This document shows positions 1 through 11,705 of a stretch of 64,000 bases of DNA, piece after piece. The number at the start of each line of letters is the position of its first letter. Within the stretch, counting starts at the first letter, position 1. The notes below the pieces were generated by a model. That model searched no databases. It was given only the letters and a program-made list of their open reading frames with translations, and had not been told where the DNA came from. The stretch lies in contig CAYVWR010000006.1 of NCBI GenBank assembly GCA_964455525.1, positions 192,212-256,211 of the forward strand. Direction: 5' to 3'. The DNA is from an uncultured Alphaproteobacteria bacterium. Lineage in GTDB: Bacteria > Bacteroidota > Ignavibacteria > OLB7. The translations under genes and the position numbers were made by a program.

Positions 1-349
1 GCGCTCGGCACGGACACGATCATCGCTGCTACCGGTCGCCAGCCATCGTTCTTTATATGCCACGGCCAGCCCGTAGAGCGCGCGCAGATCCGTAGGGTTC
101 AGCGCCACCGCCTCCGACAGTTCTGCGATGGCATCCCCCCACCGCCTGTGTGCTCCATGCAGCAACCCGCGCTCGATGTATGCTTCCACGGCTTTGTCGG
201 CGGCGGCCATGTCGTCGTCCGACATCCCGAGGTCACGGGCGATCTCTTTTAAATCGTCGATAACAAGCGCACGCTGGTATTCGTTCTGAAGCAATGCCAC
301 CCGCCTGCTATAGTTCCGTAGGATCTCCTCCTGATTGCTTTTCTCCATC
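1..349 (-). CDS. TPR-like repeat protein, 3' end cut by the window edge; paralog of 662..1267
   Basis: Reverse-complement of 1..349 translates in frame from ATG-ATG at 344-349 (MMEKSNQEEILRNYSRRVALLQNEYQRALVIDDLKEIARDLGMSDDDMAAADKAVEAYIERGLLHGAHRRWGDAIAELSEAVALNPTDLRALYGLAVAYKERWLA...). It aligns closely with the 662..1267 protein (LGMSDEDMAAADAAAARHLERGFGHLQHQLWDAAVADLSSAVALNPESSRGFYGLASAYKGRWLA). Not in the ORF track because it runs off the window. Confidence 0.55.
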
Positions 350-661
350 ATCCCCTCCTGATTGTGCTTGCGATAGGACTGGATCCCACAGGACCATGCC
401 GGGAAGGTCTGCGATGCGATGACAGCCATGTTGCACCGGCATCTCATCGTTCTTTCACGCTTCCAGAGCGGAGCCGTTACACAAGCTCCATATCACCAAA
501 AAAAAACGTATAGCCCTTTCAACACCCCGACCACGATAAAGGTTTAGCCGCAGAAACCGATGATGGCATCGCACAGAACATCGGCATCGGCGCCATCCCG
601 CGCTTGTCCCTCTATGGGCCGTATCAGATACAATGTATCGGCATGGCCCCTCCTGTGGCCA

Positions 662-1267
662 TCACAGCCCGAGCACCCCGGTATCCCTGCGGCCGCCCCA
701 GACAAGCAGGATGAACACAACCACAACGGCAATCAGGATCACCAGCCCAACCCACCGAAGCAGACGTTCGCGCGACCGTCCCGACATGGTGGCCAACGAA
801 GGCCCGGAGGATTCGTTCAGCTCCTTCAATAACGCAAAGGAGGGGGCATGTCGGGGATCAACTCCCAACGCTTTTCCGGCGGCCTCCGCCGCAGCAGCCC
901 GATCGGCAGGATGACCATCGGCCAGCCAGCGTCCCTTGTATGCAGAAGCAAGCCCATAGAATCCCCGGCTGCTTTCCGGATTCAACGCCACTGCGCTTGA
1001 AAGATCGGCAACGGCAGCATCCCAGAGCTGGTGTTGGAGGTGGCCAAACCCGCGTTCCAGATGCCTGGCAGCGGCAGCATCGGCAGCAGCCATATCCTCA
1101 TCGCTCATACCAAGTTCGCGTGCAACCGCCTTTAACTCGGCAAGTGTCGGCGCCTGATTTCCATCCTGTTGCAAGGCAAGCACCCGCTTCAGATAGCTAT
1201 CAAGCGTTTCGCTTCGATCAATCCGGGACATCATTACCTCCGCATGAGTACTGGTAGAGTGTGACAA
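662..1267 (-). CDS. TPR-like repeat protein with C-terminal transmembrane anchor
   Basis: 201-aa ORF. Soluble N-terminal helical repeat region, hydrophobic C-terminal stretch (WVGLVILIAVVVVFILLVWGG). Tandem paralog of the truncated gene at 1..349. Confidence 0.55.
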   Translation of the reverse strand: MSHSTSTHAEVMMSRIDRSETLDSYLKRVLALQQDGNQAPTLAELKAVARELGMSDEDMAAADAAAARHLERGFGHLQHQLWDAAVADLSSAVALNPESSRGFYGLASAYKGRWLADGHPADRAAAAEAAGKALGVDPRHAPSFALLKELNESSGPSLATMSGRSRERLLRWVGLVILIAVVVVFILLVWGGRRDTGVLGL

Positions 1268-1531
1268 CTGGTTTCATAGAGTGAAGCACTCGCAGGCTCC
1301 GTCTCCAGCAGCCCCATGCAAATTTCCTACCGGGAGCTTACGCCGCCACCATCAATTCCGGGACTTTATCAACTCATCCAGGTCTGAACCACCAGAATAA
1401 TGGGACCGATGATCGTTCTGCCCCCCCGCAGTGCAACATTTCTGGCATAATTCTGTAGGCATTCCATCCAATCGCGTATCATCGTGCGCGATCAAGTACG
1501 AACAACAGTTGAATAAGCAGGAGATAGGGAA

Positions 1532-1852
1532 ATGGCACGTGGAATTATCAAAACTCTGGGACTGGCAGGCGCGGCCCTGACAGCCTGGTATTTTCTTGAT
1601 CCGAAGAAGGGTTCAGACCGACGCGATAACTTTATGAAGAGCGCAAAGGATCTCTATAACACGGCTGGCGATGAATTCGGCAGAATCGGCAAGGATATCT
1701 CCGGTGGCCTTTCCGAGACGCTCACCAAGGTGAGCGAGATGACCGGTATGGGTGCCGGGAACGGCAAGGAGTCCGAGGCAAGCGCCCAAACGCCCGATAT
1801 GCAGAACGCCGCGTCCCAGTCCGAGACGGCCAGCGCCCCTATCAGCGTCTGA
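1532..1852 (+). CDS. YtxH-like small protein
   Basis: 106 aa. N-terminal amphipathic segment GLAGAALTAWYFLDPKKGSDRRDNF typical of the YtxH/DUF948 family. Acidic/Ser-rich tail. Not strongly diagnostic. Confidence 0.45.
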   Translation: MARGIIKTLGLAGAALTAWYFLDPKKGSDRRDNFMKSAKDLYNTAGDEFGRIGKDISGGLSETLTKVSEMTGMGAGNGKESEASAQTPDMQNAASQSETASAPISV

Positions 1853-2143
1853 TATGCCTTCCTGCTCCGGGCAGGTTGATCCAGCAACTGTATGGCGGGA
1901 TATCCACATTATGGGTATCCCGCTTCATGTTTCACTGCGGAATATTGGTAGCGCGCACCTTGCACGCCCCCGCATATGCCTACACGACGGCAATATCTCC
2001 ACAACGTCCTCTCTTGTATCTTTGTTGGGGCCATCCAAAGATGGAGGCATTCTCCAGAGCAACGGACCACCGGCTGGCATGGTATCTGATGCAAGCCGCC
2101 CTGCGAAACAACCCTTTTCCACTCTGAAGCATTAACACACACA

Positions 2144-2959
2144 ATGCTTGAAATTCTGTCCGATCCAACTGCCTGGGCCAGCCTTGCCACGCTGACGCTG
2201 ATGGAGGTAGTTCTTGGCATCGACAACATCATCTTCATTTCCATTCTTGCGGCCAAACTGCCGGCCGATCAGCAAAACCGTGCACGGCTGGTGGGCCTGT
2301 CCCTGGCCTGTATCACGCGTCTGCTTCTGTTGCTTGCGATAAGCTGGCTTGCCGGGCTTACCGAGCCCCTTATCACTATTCTTGGTCATGTCTTCTCCGG
2401 TCGGGACCTTATTCTGCTGGGAGGCGGCATCTTCCTGATCTATAAGGCAACAAAGGAGATTCACGAAAAGCTGGAAGGCCCGGACGGGGCACCCGATATG
2501 GCAGGCAAACCGACGGTCAGCTTTGCGGGGGTGATCGTCCAGATCCTTCTGCTTGATATCATCTTCTCGCTCGACTCGGTAATCACCGCCATTGGTATGG
2601 CCGAGCATATCGAAGTGATGATGGCCGCCGTGATCATCTCGCTTGCGTTTATGCTGATGATAGGCAAGTCGATCAGCACATTTGTGATGCGCCATCCAAC
2701 CGTGAAGATGCTTGCCCTCTCCTTCCTCCTCCTGATCGGCGTCTCGCTGACAGCCGAAGCGTTCCATCAGGCGATTCCAAAGGGATATATCTACTCGGCA
2801 ATGGCCTTCAGCGTGCTTGTGGAGATGCTGAATCTGATGTCGCAGAAGAAGAAAAAAGCCAAGAACGATGCCATCGCCGACCCGGTTCAACTCCGCCAGA
2901 ATGTGGTTGGCGTCCCGATCGGCACAGAGACGGCACCAATAACCAAGAACGCCGGATAG
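2144..2959 (+). CDS. TerC family integral membrane protein
   Basis: 271 aa, polytopic, with the TerC/Alx-type signature LMEVVLGIDNIIFISILAAKLP and a repeated DS/acidic membrane motif (LLLDIIFSLDSVITAIGMAEH). Confidence 0.8.
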   Translation: MLEILSDPTAWASLATLTLMEVVLGIDNIIFISILAAKLPADQQNRARLVGLSLACITRLLLLLAISWLAGLTEPLITILGHVFSGRDLILLGGGIFLIYKATKEIHEKLEGPDGAPDMAGKPTVSFAGVIVQILLLDIIFSLDSVITAIGMAEHIEVMMAAVIISLAFMLMIGKSISTFVMRHPTVKMLALSFLLLIGVSLTAEAFHQAIPKGYIYSAMAFSVLVEMLNLMSQKKKKAKNDAIADPVQLRQNVVGVPIGTETAPITKNAG

Positions 2960-3335
2960 CCCCCTGGTTGGCACCCCTATAGGCTGGTGAAACGCCGCGG
3001 TCGGCAGGGCATGGCCCCCCGGGATATGGCCGACGAAATGTTGGAACGGATATCCAATCCGGCCCCCTGCTCCCTGTGTATATACGTGGAGAGGGGAGGA
3101 ACTGATCCTCCCCTCTCCATATCCACTCGAAAACGGATAGTGCTCACCACTGGCTTCATCGGCGCCCCCGATCATCCCCTCTCACCAACACGGCCCCGCC
3201 ATCTTGCAGAAGAACCGGCCCGTGAACGGCAAACGTTCGGGGTGTATAGGATGCCCAGATACGCCATGCGCAGACTTAGCCACGGCATGGCCTCCTGATT
3301 CCTCGCCCACCACACGTGGCAGGGAAGACCTGCCC

Positions 3336-5252
<1,917 letters not shown>

Positions 5253-5528
5253 TTACCACAAGAACGGCTCCGGTTACCACCATGCAACCATGCCAACGGC
5301 ACACCGCAGGTGCACGGAGAATATCGTTCAGGAAGACGTAATGAAATACCGAACCGTTGTAGGGAACGTAATGTACTGAAAGTCCGGCAAACTGCCGATC
5401 ATGCAAGCAGAAGAAATGGTGGAAGGCCGCCATACCGAGGCGGCCCGGCTGGTGCGGGCACGTGTGGGACACCGGCCGGGCCACAGGGCAACCCGGCGCA
5501 AATGTGTTGCGATGTTCAGGCAGGCGGA

Positions 5529-6086
5529 TCAGCCGATCTCGATCCTCTTATCCCCTTTCTCAATGATGATCTTGCCGGCCCTGCTGTCGATCGTCAGGCT
5601 TTTCCCTCGTCTTGTCCCCACTGTTACCCCCCCCTTCTGCTGGCGTCCCTCACGCTCCAGAAGCCGCCGGGCGCCTCGCTCCACCGACTTCTCTTTTGGA
5701 AAGAAGGTATCGGACGCATCGAACACCAGCCCGATGCCCCAGCCAAGGAGAGGCCAGAGAAACCAGCTCCCCCCACCGCTTATCATCGCGATCAAGAAGA
5801 TAAAGAAGTTGACGATCGCATAGCTGCGAAGGTGTTCGAAGAACTTCTTCTTGCGCTGTGCCTTCCAGGCCGCCCGCGCCGCATCCATCGCCCCATCACG
5901 CTCGTGCTCGGTAAGCGCCGCCTCTAGCTGCGATGGATCGATACCAAGCTCCCGGGCCGTTTCCAGAAGATCATCGTACGTGAGCGCTCCGGATGTACTG
6001 CCCCCTCCCTGCCGCGCAAGAGCGCGCTGGAGAATGGCATGCACTTCCTCGTTTGAAAAGCGTCGTGGAGATTGTTCCGGCATCAT
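5529..6086 (-). CDS. 2TM-domain membrane protein
   Basis: Motif FFEHLRSYAIVNFFIFLIAMISGGGSWFLWPLLGWGIGLVFDA matches the 2TM domain family. Start placed at internal ATGATG (6081-6086) rather than the upstream ORF start at 6170. Confidence 0.55.
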   Translation of the reverse strand: MMPEQSPRRFSNEEVHAILQRALARQGGGSTSGALTYDDLLETARELGIDPSQLEAALTEHERDGAMDAARAAWKAQRKKKFFEHLRSYAIVNFFIFLIAMISGGGSWFLWPLLGWGIGLVFDASDTFFPKEKSVERGARRLLEREGRQQKGGVTVGTRRGKSLTIDSRAGKIIIEKGDKRIEIG

Positions 6087-6197
6087 AGCGTTCTCGTTGT
6101 TACCTGTTGACAGGCCAAAGTTGACGAGCGAGCAGGCAGATAGGTTGCAGTAAAATCCGGGAAGCGCCAAACTACCGGAACAGCGGGCAGTTCCCTA

Positions 6198-6947
6198 TCA
6201 GGCAAAAACAGCCATCACCGGGGCATGATCGCTGGTGCCCACCTCCCGGAAGACCGTGCAGCCAACCGCATGGCGGGCGATGGCCTCGCTTGCAAAAATA
6301 TAGTCGATACGCCACCCCAGATTCCGTTGCCGGGCAGTCCTCCAGTAGGGCCACCAGGTGAACAGCCGGTTGTTCTCCGGCTCCAGCATCCGTGCCACAT
6401 CAATCAGCCCCTCGCCGATCATCAGATCCAGTAACAGCCGCTCATCCGGGCGCGTGCCGATGATACCTGGCTTGTTGTGCGTGGGATGGATATCGGCATC
6501 GGTACGGGCCACATTCATATCGCCGCAGAGAATCATCGCAGCTCCTTCCGTGTGAACGGCATGTACATACTGCTGCATCGCCGTAAGAAAGGCCAGCTTG
6601 GCAGCGTAATCCTTTCCTCCGTTGGGAACATAGACAGAGGCAAACACAAGATCGCCAACACGGGCCTGTACGATACGGGTTTCCATATCAAATGCAGGAT
6701 GGCTGAACAGAGGCCGATCAGGGAAGCTCGACGTACTGAGATGCAGGCTGACGCCGGAATATCCTCCGGCAGCACCATGCCAGCAGTTCCAGTACCCCGG
6801 CATCTCCAGAAGATCGGCCGGGATCTGCCCGAGCGCGGCCTTGGTCTCCTGCAAACAGATCACGTCGGGCCTGGCAATAGCACACCACGCAAGAAACTGG
6901 GCCTGGCGTGCCCTGATGCCATTGACGTTCCATGTCGCGATTTTCAT
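6198..6947 (-). CDS. xth: exodeoxyribonuclease III (AP endonuclease, Xth family)
   Basis: MKIATWNVNGIRAR...DVICLQETK...SDHAPV are EEP-family AP endonuclease hallmarks. About 250 aa. Start chosen at MKIATWN (6945-6947). Confidence 0.88.
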   Translation of the reverse strand: MKIATWNVNGIRARQAQFLAWCAIARPDVICLQETKAALGQIPADLLEMPGYWNCWHGAAGGYSGVSLHLSTSSFPDRPLFSHPAFDMETRIVQARVGDLVFASVYVPNGGKDYAAKLAFLTAMQQYVHAVHTEGAAMILCGDMNVARTDADIHPTHNKPGIIGTRPDERLLLDLMIGEGLIDVARMLEPENNRLFTWWPYWRTARQRNLGWRIDYIFASEAIARHAVGCTVFREVGTSDHAPVMAVFA

Positions 6948-7023
6948 GTGCGTGATGTCCACAGCCTGCCTTCCATAACTATTTCAGCTCCCCGGGGATC
7001 GCATGCCGGAATTCCGTTGTTCC

Positions 7024-7698
7024 TCATCCCTGTTTCATGACCAGCCCAGGCAGCCGATACAACCCCTGCATCAGCTCGCGGCGCTCGCTGCTGGCACCGA
7101 TAAAGGTAAAGGAGACCCGCACATGCCCCTCCTCCCCACCAGCGATCATGAAGTCCTCGATATTGTCGTCGTATGACCCAATAAGCGCAGCCACATATTG
7201 TCGGGAATTGGGATCGTCGCGGATGATGAAGCTGGCCCTGCGGGCATGCTGGCGCCGCACACGAATCTCCAGGCGCCGAAGGGTCAGGAGCATCAGAACG
7301 GTAGCGGCCGTCACAGCCATTGCCGTTATCAGATAGCCCCCGCCGATCATCATGCCAAGCGCAGCTATCAGCCAGATCATGGCGGCCGTGGTCACCCCCT
7401 TGACCCCACCACGCCGTTCGTGCAGGATAACACCGGCACCGAGAAAACCGATGCCGGAAACGATCTGCGCGGCGATACGGCCACCGTCGCCACCGCTGGC
7501 CTGCCCGATTGCCGCGCTCATCTGCGTAAACAGCATGGAGCCAAGGCAGACGACGATGCTGGTACGAAGCCCGGCCGGCTTGCCGGTGGTCTCCCGTTCC
7601 ATACCGATCGCACCGCCACAAAGACTCGCCACCAGAAACTTCAGCGCGAACTCCGGACCGATTATCAGAAGATGATCAAGAGTCTCAAACGTATCCAT
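7024..7698 (-). CDS. mgtC: MgtC/SapB family membrane protein
   Basis: LASLCGGAIGMERE...GLRTSIVVCLGSMLFT...GIGFLGAGVI is the MgtC N-terminal membrane domain. A C-terminal ACT-like soluble part follows. Start at MDTFETL (7696-7698). Confidence 0.78.
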   Translation of the reverse strand: MDTFETLDHLLIIGPEFALKFLVASLCGGAIGMERETTGKPAGLRTSIVVCLGSMLFTQMSAAIGQASGGDGGRIAAQIVSGIGFLGAGVILHERRGGVKGVTTAAMIWLIAALGMMIGGGYLITAMAVTAATVLMLLTLRRLEIRVRRQHARRASFIIRDDPNSRQYVAALIGSYDDNIEDFMIAGGEEGHVRVSFTFIGASSERRELMQGLYRLPGLVMKQG

Positions 7699-7880
7699 AC
7701 ACCGGCAATCTACGGGCAAACAGCGGATTAACGGCGTCCTGCCCCCCTTCTCCCTGCACAACGATCTATTAATTTCAGCGGGGCGGCGCCCACCGCAACC
7801 GAAACAACGTAAATGCTATCTTTACAGCAGCGTTCCACGTCGTTTCATGGACGCCCCCTGCACCTTCCGGAACTTGTATT

Positions 7881-9557
7881 GTGAGATCGCTTCGTCTCTG
7901 GCATATGCTCCCGCTGCTTGGCACGCTCCTTCTTGGAGGGTGCTTTAGCGTTGTGCATTTCCCGGACCGGGCACGTATGGAATGCATTGACCCACCTCCG
8001 CCACCCTGTCTTCCGGGTTCATTCAGCGAGATCACCATCGACACATCCTCTACAACAGGGCGCTCATCGCATTATCTGAAGATCGAACGGGTGGGCGGGC
8101 TGAGCGGCGCCGATGACGAATTCGGCATAGGGTTTATCGAACGTGATGGAAGCCGTGGCATTGCCACGATCCGGGGCCGGAACGGGGGGCCGAGCCTGGA
8201 AGAGATGATCGCGATTCGCCTGCCGGACATCACCCGGGCTGTCGCCGAGCAAAGCGTGACAGTCCAGAATATACAAGGTGCGGTCGGCGGCGCAACCTTG
8301 ATCGCCGGAAGCGCTCCCATATACTTTGCCGCACGCTCGGCAGGAAGTGTTGCAGGCGATTATGATCTCTTCGCAGGCAACTACGAGGCCCGGATCGAGG
8401 CCACCCCCTGGAACACGATCTCCTCGCTCCTTTACTGGGACGCACAACCGGCGATCGCCCCTGATGGCAACGCCATCTATTTTGCCAGCGACCGCCCAGG
8501 CGGGTTCGGCGGCACCGACATTTATGTCAGCCGACGTGCAGCCGATGGCACATGGAGCGATCCGCAGAATATCGGCCCTGCGGTCAACAGCTCCTGCGAC
8601 GAACTGTCCCCCTGGGTAAGCGGCAACGGACGCTGGCTGTATTTCTCCTCGGCCGGACATGCCACCGTAGGGGGATACGATCTCTTTCGCGCACCGATTC
8701 TCGGCGAGCAGTTCGGGGCGGCCGAAAATCTCGGCCGTCCGATCAATACCCCCGGCGATGAGCTGTTCCCCTCCGCGCCCGTCGGTGCTGATCCGGATAC
8801 ATTGCTCTATTACAGCTCGAATCAGCCCGGCTCCCAGGGCTTCGATATCTATGTGCTGCATCGCCTTCGCCGATCCGGGCGGCCGATCACCAACGTGGCA
8901 TCACGCACGGTAACCATGAACGGCATCGTGATCGACCCTCAGGGCAGGCCCGTGCCACACGCACAGGTGACGATCGAACAGCGAGACCCACCAGGCCCCC
9001 GCATCCAGATAGAGACGACCCCCGAGGGAAACTATCAGGTCCAGGTGGAGGAGGGACGCACCTACGAGATCGTGGCGGGATCGCAGAACACCCTCTATTA
9101 CCAGGAGGAGGTACGCATTCCCATATCCGACGGGCGCACCTCCCTTACCCATACCGCGATCATTCCCGATACGGTGACCTTCAGGGTGAACTTTCCGTTC
9201 AACGACGCATCCACCCCCTACCCGTTCACGCTCGACGCAAACGGGCTGCCGACCAATCTCCGCTGGGACGATATGATCGATCGGGCGGCGACATTTCTGC
9301 AACAGTTCAATAACCGCCAGGCGTACCGATTCCAGATCAATGGCCATACCGATCCGGTCGGCTCAGACGCCTTCAATCTCGATCTGGGGCGCCGACGCGC
9401 CGAATTTATCCGCAATGAACTGGTACGGCGAGGCGTGTCCTCCCAGATTCTTTCCATTGGCTCGGAAGGAGAGAACCGTCCGCTGCCAGCCAGAGAAGGG
9501 GAGGATCAGACGCTGTATCACGCACGGCTGCGTCGTGTGGAGTTGATACGGAAATGA
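7881..9557 (+). CDS. OmpA-family lipoprotein with TolB-like beta-propeller (PD40) repeats
   Basis: Lipobox LLLGGC. Repeated PD40-like units (PAIAPDGNAIYFASDRPGGFGGTDIYVS; LSPWVSGNGRWLYFSS). C-terminal OmpA_C domain (NGHTDPVGSDAFNLDLGRRRAEFIRNELVRRGV). Confidence 0.75.
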   Translation: MRSLRLWHMLPLLGTLLLGGCFSVVHFPDRARMECIDPPPPPCLPGSFSEITIDTSSTTGRSSHYLKIERVGGLSGADDEFGIGFIERDGSRGIATIRGRNGGPSLEEMIAIRLPDITRAVAEQSVTVQNIQGAVGGATLIAGSAPIYFAARSAGSVAGDYDLFAGNYEARIEATPWNTISSLLYWDAQPAIAPDGNAIYFASDRPGGFGGTDIYVSRRAADGTWSDPQNIGPAVNSSCDELSPWVSGNGRWLYFSSAGHATVGGYDLFRAPILGEQFGAAENLGRPINTPGDELFPSAPVGADPDTLLYYSSNQPGSQGFDIYVLHRLRRSGRPITNVASRTVTMNGIVIDPQGRPVPHAQVTIEQRDPPGPRIQIETTPEGNYQVQVEEGRTYEIVAGSQNTLYYQEEVRIPISDGRTSLTHTAIIPDTVTFRVNFPFNDASTPYPFTLDANGLPTNLRWDDMIDRAATFLQQFNNRQAYRFQINGHTDPVGSDAFNLDLGRRRAEFIRNELVRRGVSSQILSIGSEGENRPLPAREGEDQTLYHARLRRVELIRK

Positions 9558-9696
9558 TCTACGGCCCCCTTGCGTTCGGGCCAACGTGGCCGGGAGATCG
9601 GCACAACGTAGCATTCCCACAGTTTCCAGCGATTACATCTTCCGGCCGCCCACCGAGAAGCCCAGCTCGACTTATGTATGCTTCAAGCATCTGCCT

Positions 9697-11112
9697 ATGA
9701 ACCGATTGTACTCCATCCTTGCCATTATCGCAGCATCTTCGCTTCTGTTCGGGGGCTGTTTCAGCATCACCCGTGTAGAAAGCGATCTCTACACCATCAC
9801 CAATCGCGATACGACGGTGCGCGAAACGCTGCTGAACGTTCCAGGCGAACGGGATAATGGGACGATCTATCCTTCCACCCGTGGCGTAGAGATCACACGG
9901 AACTATGTTCAGCACGATTCCACTGTCGAACGCTATTATCCCGCCTTCCTCCGGTACGGAGGCATCGAAACGGCATCCTTTATCGGCGGCGGAGCAGGCG
10001 GCAAAGGAGGTGGGAACGGGCTGTTCGGCATCTACAATCTCCTTACCGGCAAGAACCCGGAGGAATCGCGAACCTTTGGGTCCTACATGTATCGTGTTGC
10101 GCCGTACGAGATCCGTCTTCGCGCGTTTAATGATGCCCCGGACTGGACACTCGGCAGCGCCGCCTACGAGCGATTCATCCTCCAGCGTGATAGCAGTGCC
10201 GTTATCAACTCCGACGAATCCCTTACCGGCGTTCTCCCGATCTATGTTCGCAAACGGTTCTTTTTTCGGGAAAAACCACCATATGTGATGGCGGTTCCCT
10301 TTCTTGGCATCTCGCTTTTCCCTTCGCAGTACGTCAATCTGGGCGCCACGCTCGATGTGGGTTCCTACGGTGGCTTCAACTTCCGCGCATACCTCGGCTA
10401 TGTGGCCGGAACAACCCTGGCCCTGGTCGATACAAACATGCAGGGAAACCAGGATGTTCGCTTCCCATACTTCGGCTTCGGAATCTCGGCACTCGACTTC
10501 GTCAACCGCGCCGAGGAACTCTTTATCGAATGGAAGGATCATGACCACTCGGCGATCGAGGTGAACGCTCTGGATCTTAATCTGGTCTATTCCACAACAT
10601 CGAACGTAGGCTCGCTCCTGCGCGATTATCCCATCGATCGCAGCTCGGCGATCCCACGGCGCGACTCCACGACATCGTTCCCTTCCGGCATCATCCTCCG
10701 CTTTGCCTCGGCACACTACCCCATTCCATTTGGAAACGGCCAGTTCTTCGTCGGCACATCGCTCTTCAACTTTCTTGGCCTCTCGCGTGAGGAGATCGCT
10801 TACGGATTCCTTCCGATCAGAGTTGGTTACCGCCTTGATCTGATCGCCCCCGATCTGACCCTTGAGCCGTTTGCCGAGTATACCTACTACTCCTCCAGCG
10901 CCCTGCACCTGGGCGCACGTGCGTCGCTGAAGATCAGCGACTGGGCCAGGATGAACGTCATGCTCGGCTATGTGAACGGCTCGCCAAACGACGATGTCAC
11001 CGACACCGTCAAGGACCTGCGGACAACAAGGGATATCTCGACGGTGTACCTTGGCGTGGGACTTGGTCTGGGAGATGTCTTCTTTACGCCGGAGGAGGTG
11101 CGGCGTAAATGA
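9697..11112 (+). CDS. hypothetical lipoprotein, possibly beta-rich outer-membrane protein
   Basis: Start at MNRLYSILAIIAASSLLFGGC (lipobox), with the upstream in-frame ORF part ignored. Gly-rich loop GGGAGGKGGGNG. Alternating aromatic/hydrophobic pattern. No recognisable catalytic motif. Confidence 0.55.
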   Translation: MNRLYSILAIIAASSLLFGGCFSITRVESDLYTITNRDTTVRETLLNVPGERDNGTIYPSTRGVEITRNYVQHDSTVERYYPAFLRYGGIETASFIGGGAGGKGGGNGLFGIYNLLTGKNPEESRTFGSYMYRVAPYEIRLRAFNDAPDWTLGSAAYERFILQRDSSAVINSDESLTGVLPIYVRKRFFFREKPPYVMAVPFLGISLFPSQYVNLGATLDVGSYGGFNFRAYLGYVAGTTLALVDTNMQGNQDVRFPYFGFGISALDFVNRAEELFIEWKDHDHSAIEVNALDLNLVYSTTSNVGSLLRDYPIDRSSAIPRRDSTTSFPSGIILRFASAHYPIPFGNGQFFVGTSLFNFLGLSREEIAYGFLPIRVGYRLDLIAPDLTLEPFAEYTYYSSSALHLGARASLKISDWARMNVMLGYVNGSPNDDVTDTVKDLRTTRDISTVYLGVGLGLGDVFFTPEEVRRK

Positions 11113-11669
11113 TACGTGCTCTCCTGCTGGCCGCTCTCCTTCTGCCGATGCTCGCAGGGGGCTGTGCCTATGAACGGCTTGAGATCTACTCCAATGGCGA
11201 TATCTATTCCGGCGAGATCCTCTCGCATTACGACGATGTGAAGGGGTCACAAGGGAGGATCACCCTGAAGCCGGGAGCACGGTTCGCGATCCGGACAGGC
11301 TATGGGACCCAGTTTCTCGGCCAGTTCGACATCGCTATCATCTCAGGCGACGGGATAACAACCTACCTGCGAACGGTTGCCCACGACTTCGATTCATCGA
11401 AGGGAATCGCCTTCCGCTATGCCACCAATGGCTGCTCGATCCGCAGCGGAGACGGCCGGACAATCCCCCTGAGCTACAACGCGGAGAACGGAACACAGAC
11501 CATCTCGTTCTATAACGAGGCAAATCTTGTCTCGATATCGGTCGGGTGCCGGACGCTCCATAAAGAAGAGACCCTGCTTCCCGGCACCGAGTATGTTATC
11601 TTCGAGACGCTCCCTGGAAGCACCGTGGAAATCCGCTCGGTCACGTACTTCGATACCGATGACGAGTGA
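11109..11669 (+). CDS. hypothetical lipoprotein
   Basis: ATGA start/stop overlap with the upstream gene, so translationally coupled. Lipobox LLPMLAGGC. 186 aa. Confidence 0.55.
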   Translation: MIRALLLAALLLPMLAGGCAYERLEIYSNGDIYSGEILSHYDDVKGSQGRITLKPGARFAIRTGYGTQFLGQFDIAIISGDGITTYLRTVAHDFDSSKGIAFRYATNGCSIRSGDGRTIPLSYNAENGTQTISFYNEANLVSISVGCRTLHKEETLLPGTEYVIFETLPGSTVEIRSVTYFDTDDE

Positions 11670-11705
11670 GACGGCCGACCCGCAACAAAACGGCGCCTGC
11701 ACCGT

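Noticed and set aside
9559-11250. 563-aa ORF on the minus strand fully overlapping the lipoprotein gene 9697..11112
   Set aside because: The plus-strand ORF has a lipoprotein signal peptide and sensible composition. The minus ORF is Arg/Gly/Ala-rich in the manner of GC-shadow ORFs. The same reasoning applies to other antisense ORFs: 2132..3175(-), 3204..3953(+), 11781..12815(-), 13027..13809(-), 13966..15003(-), 15805..16950(-), 20847..21623(-), 22909..23895(-), 26441..28030(-), 47716..48891(+) and 60935..62215(+).
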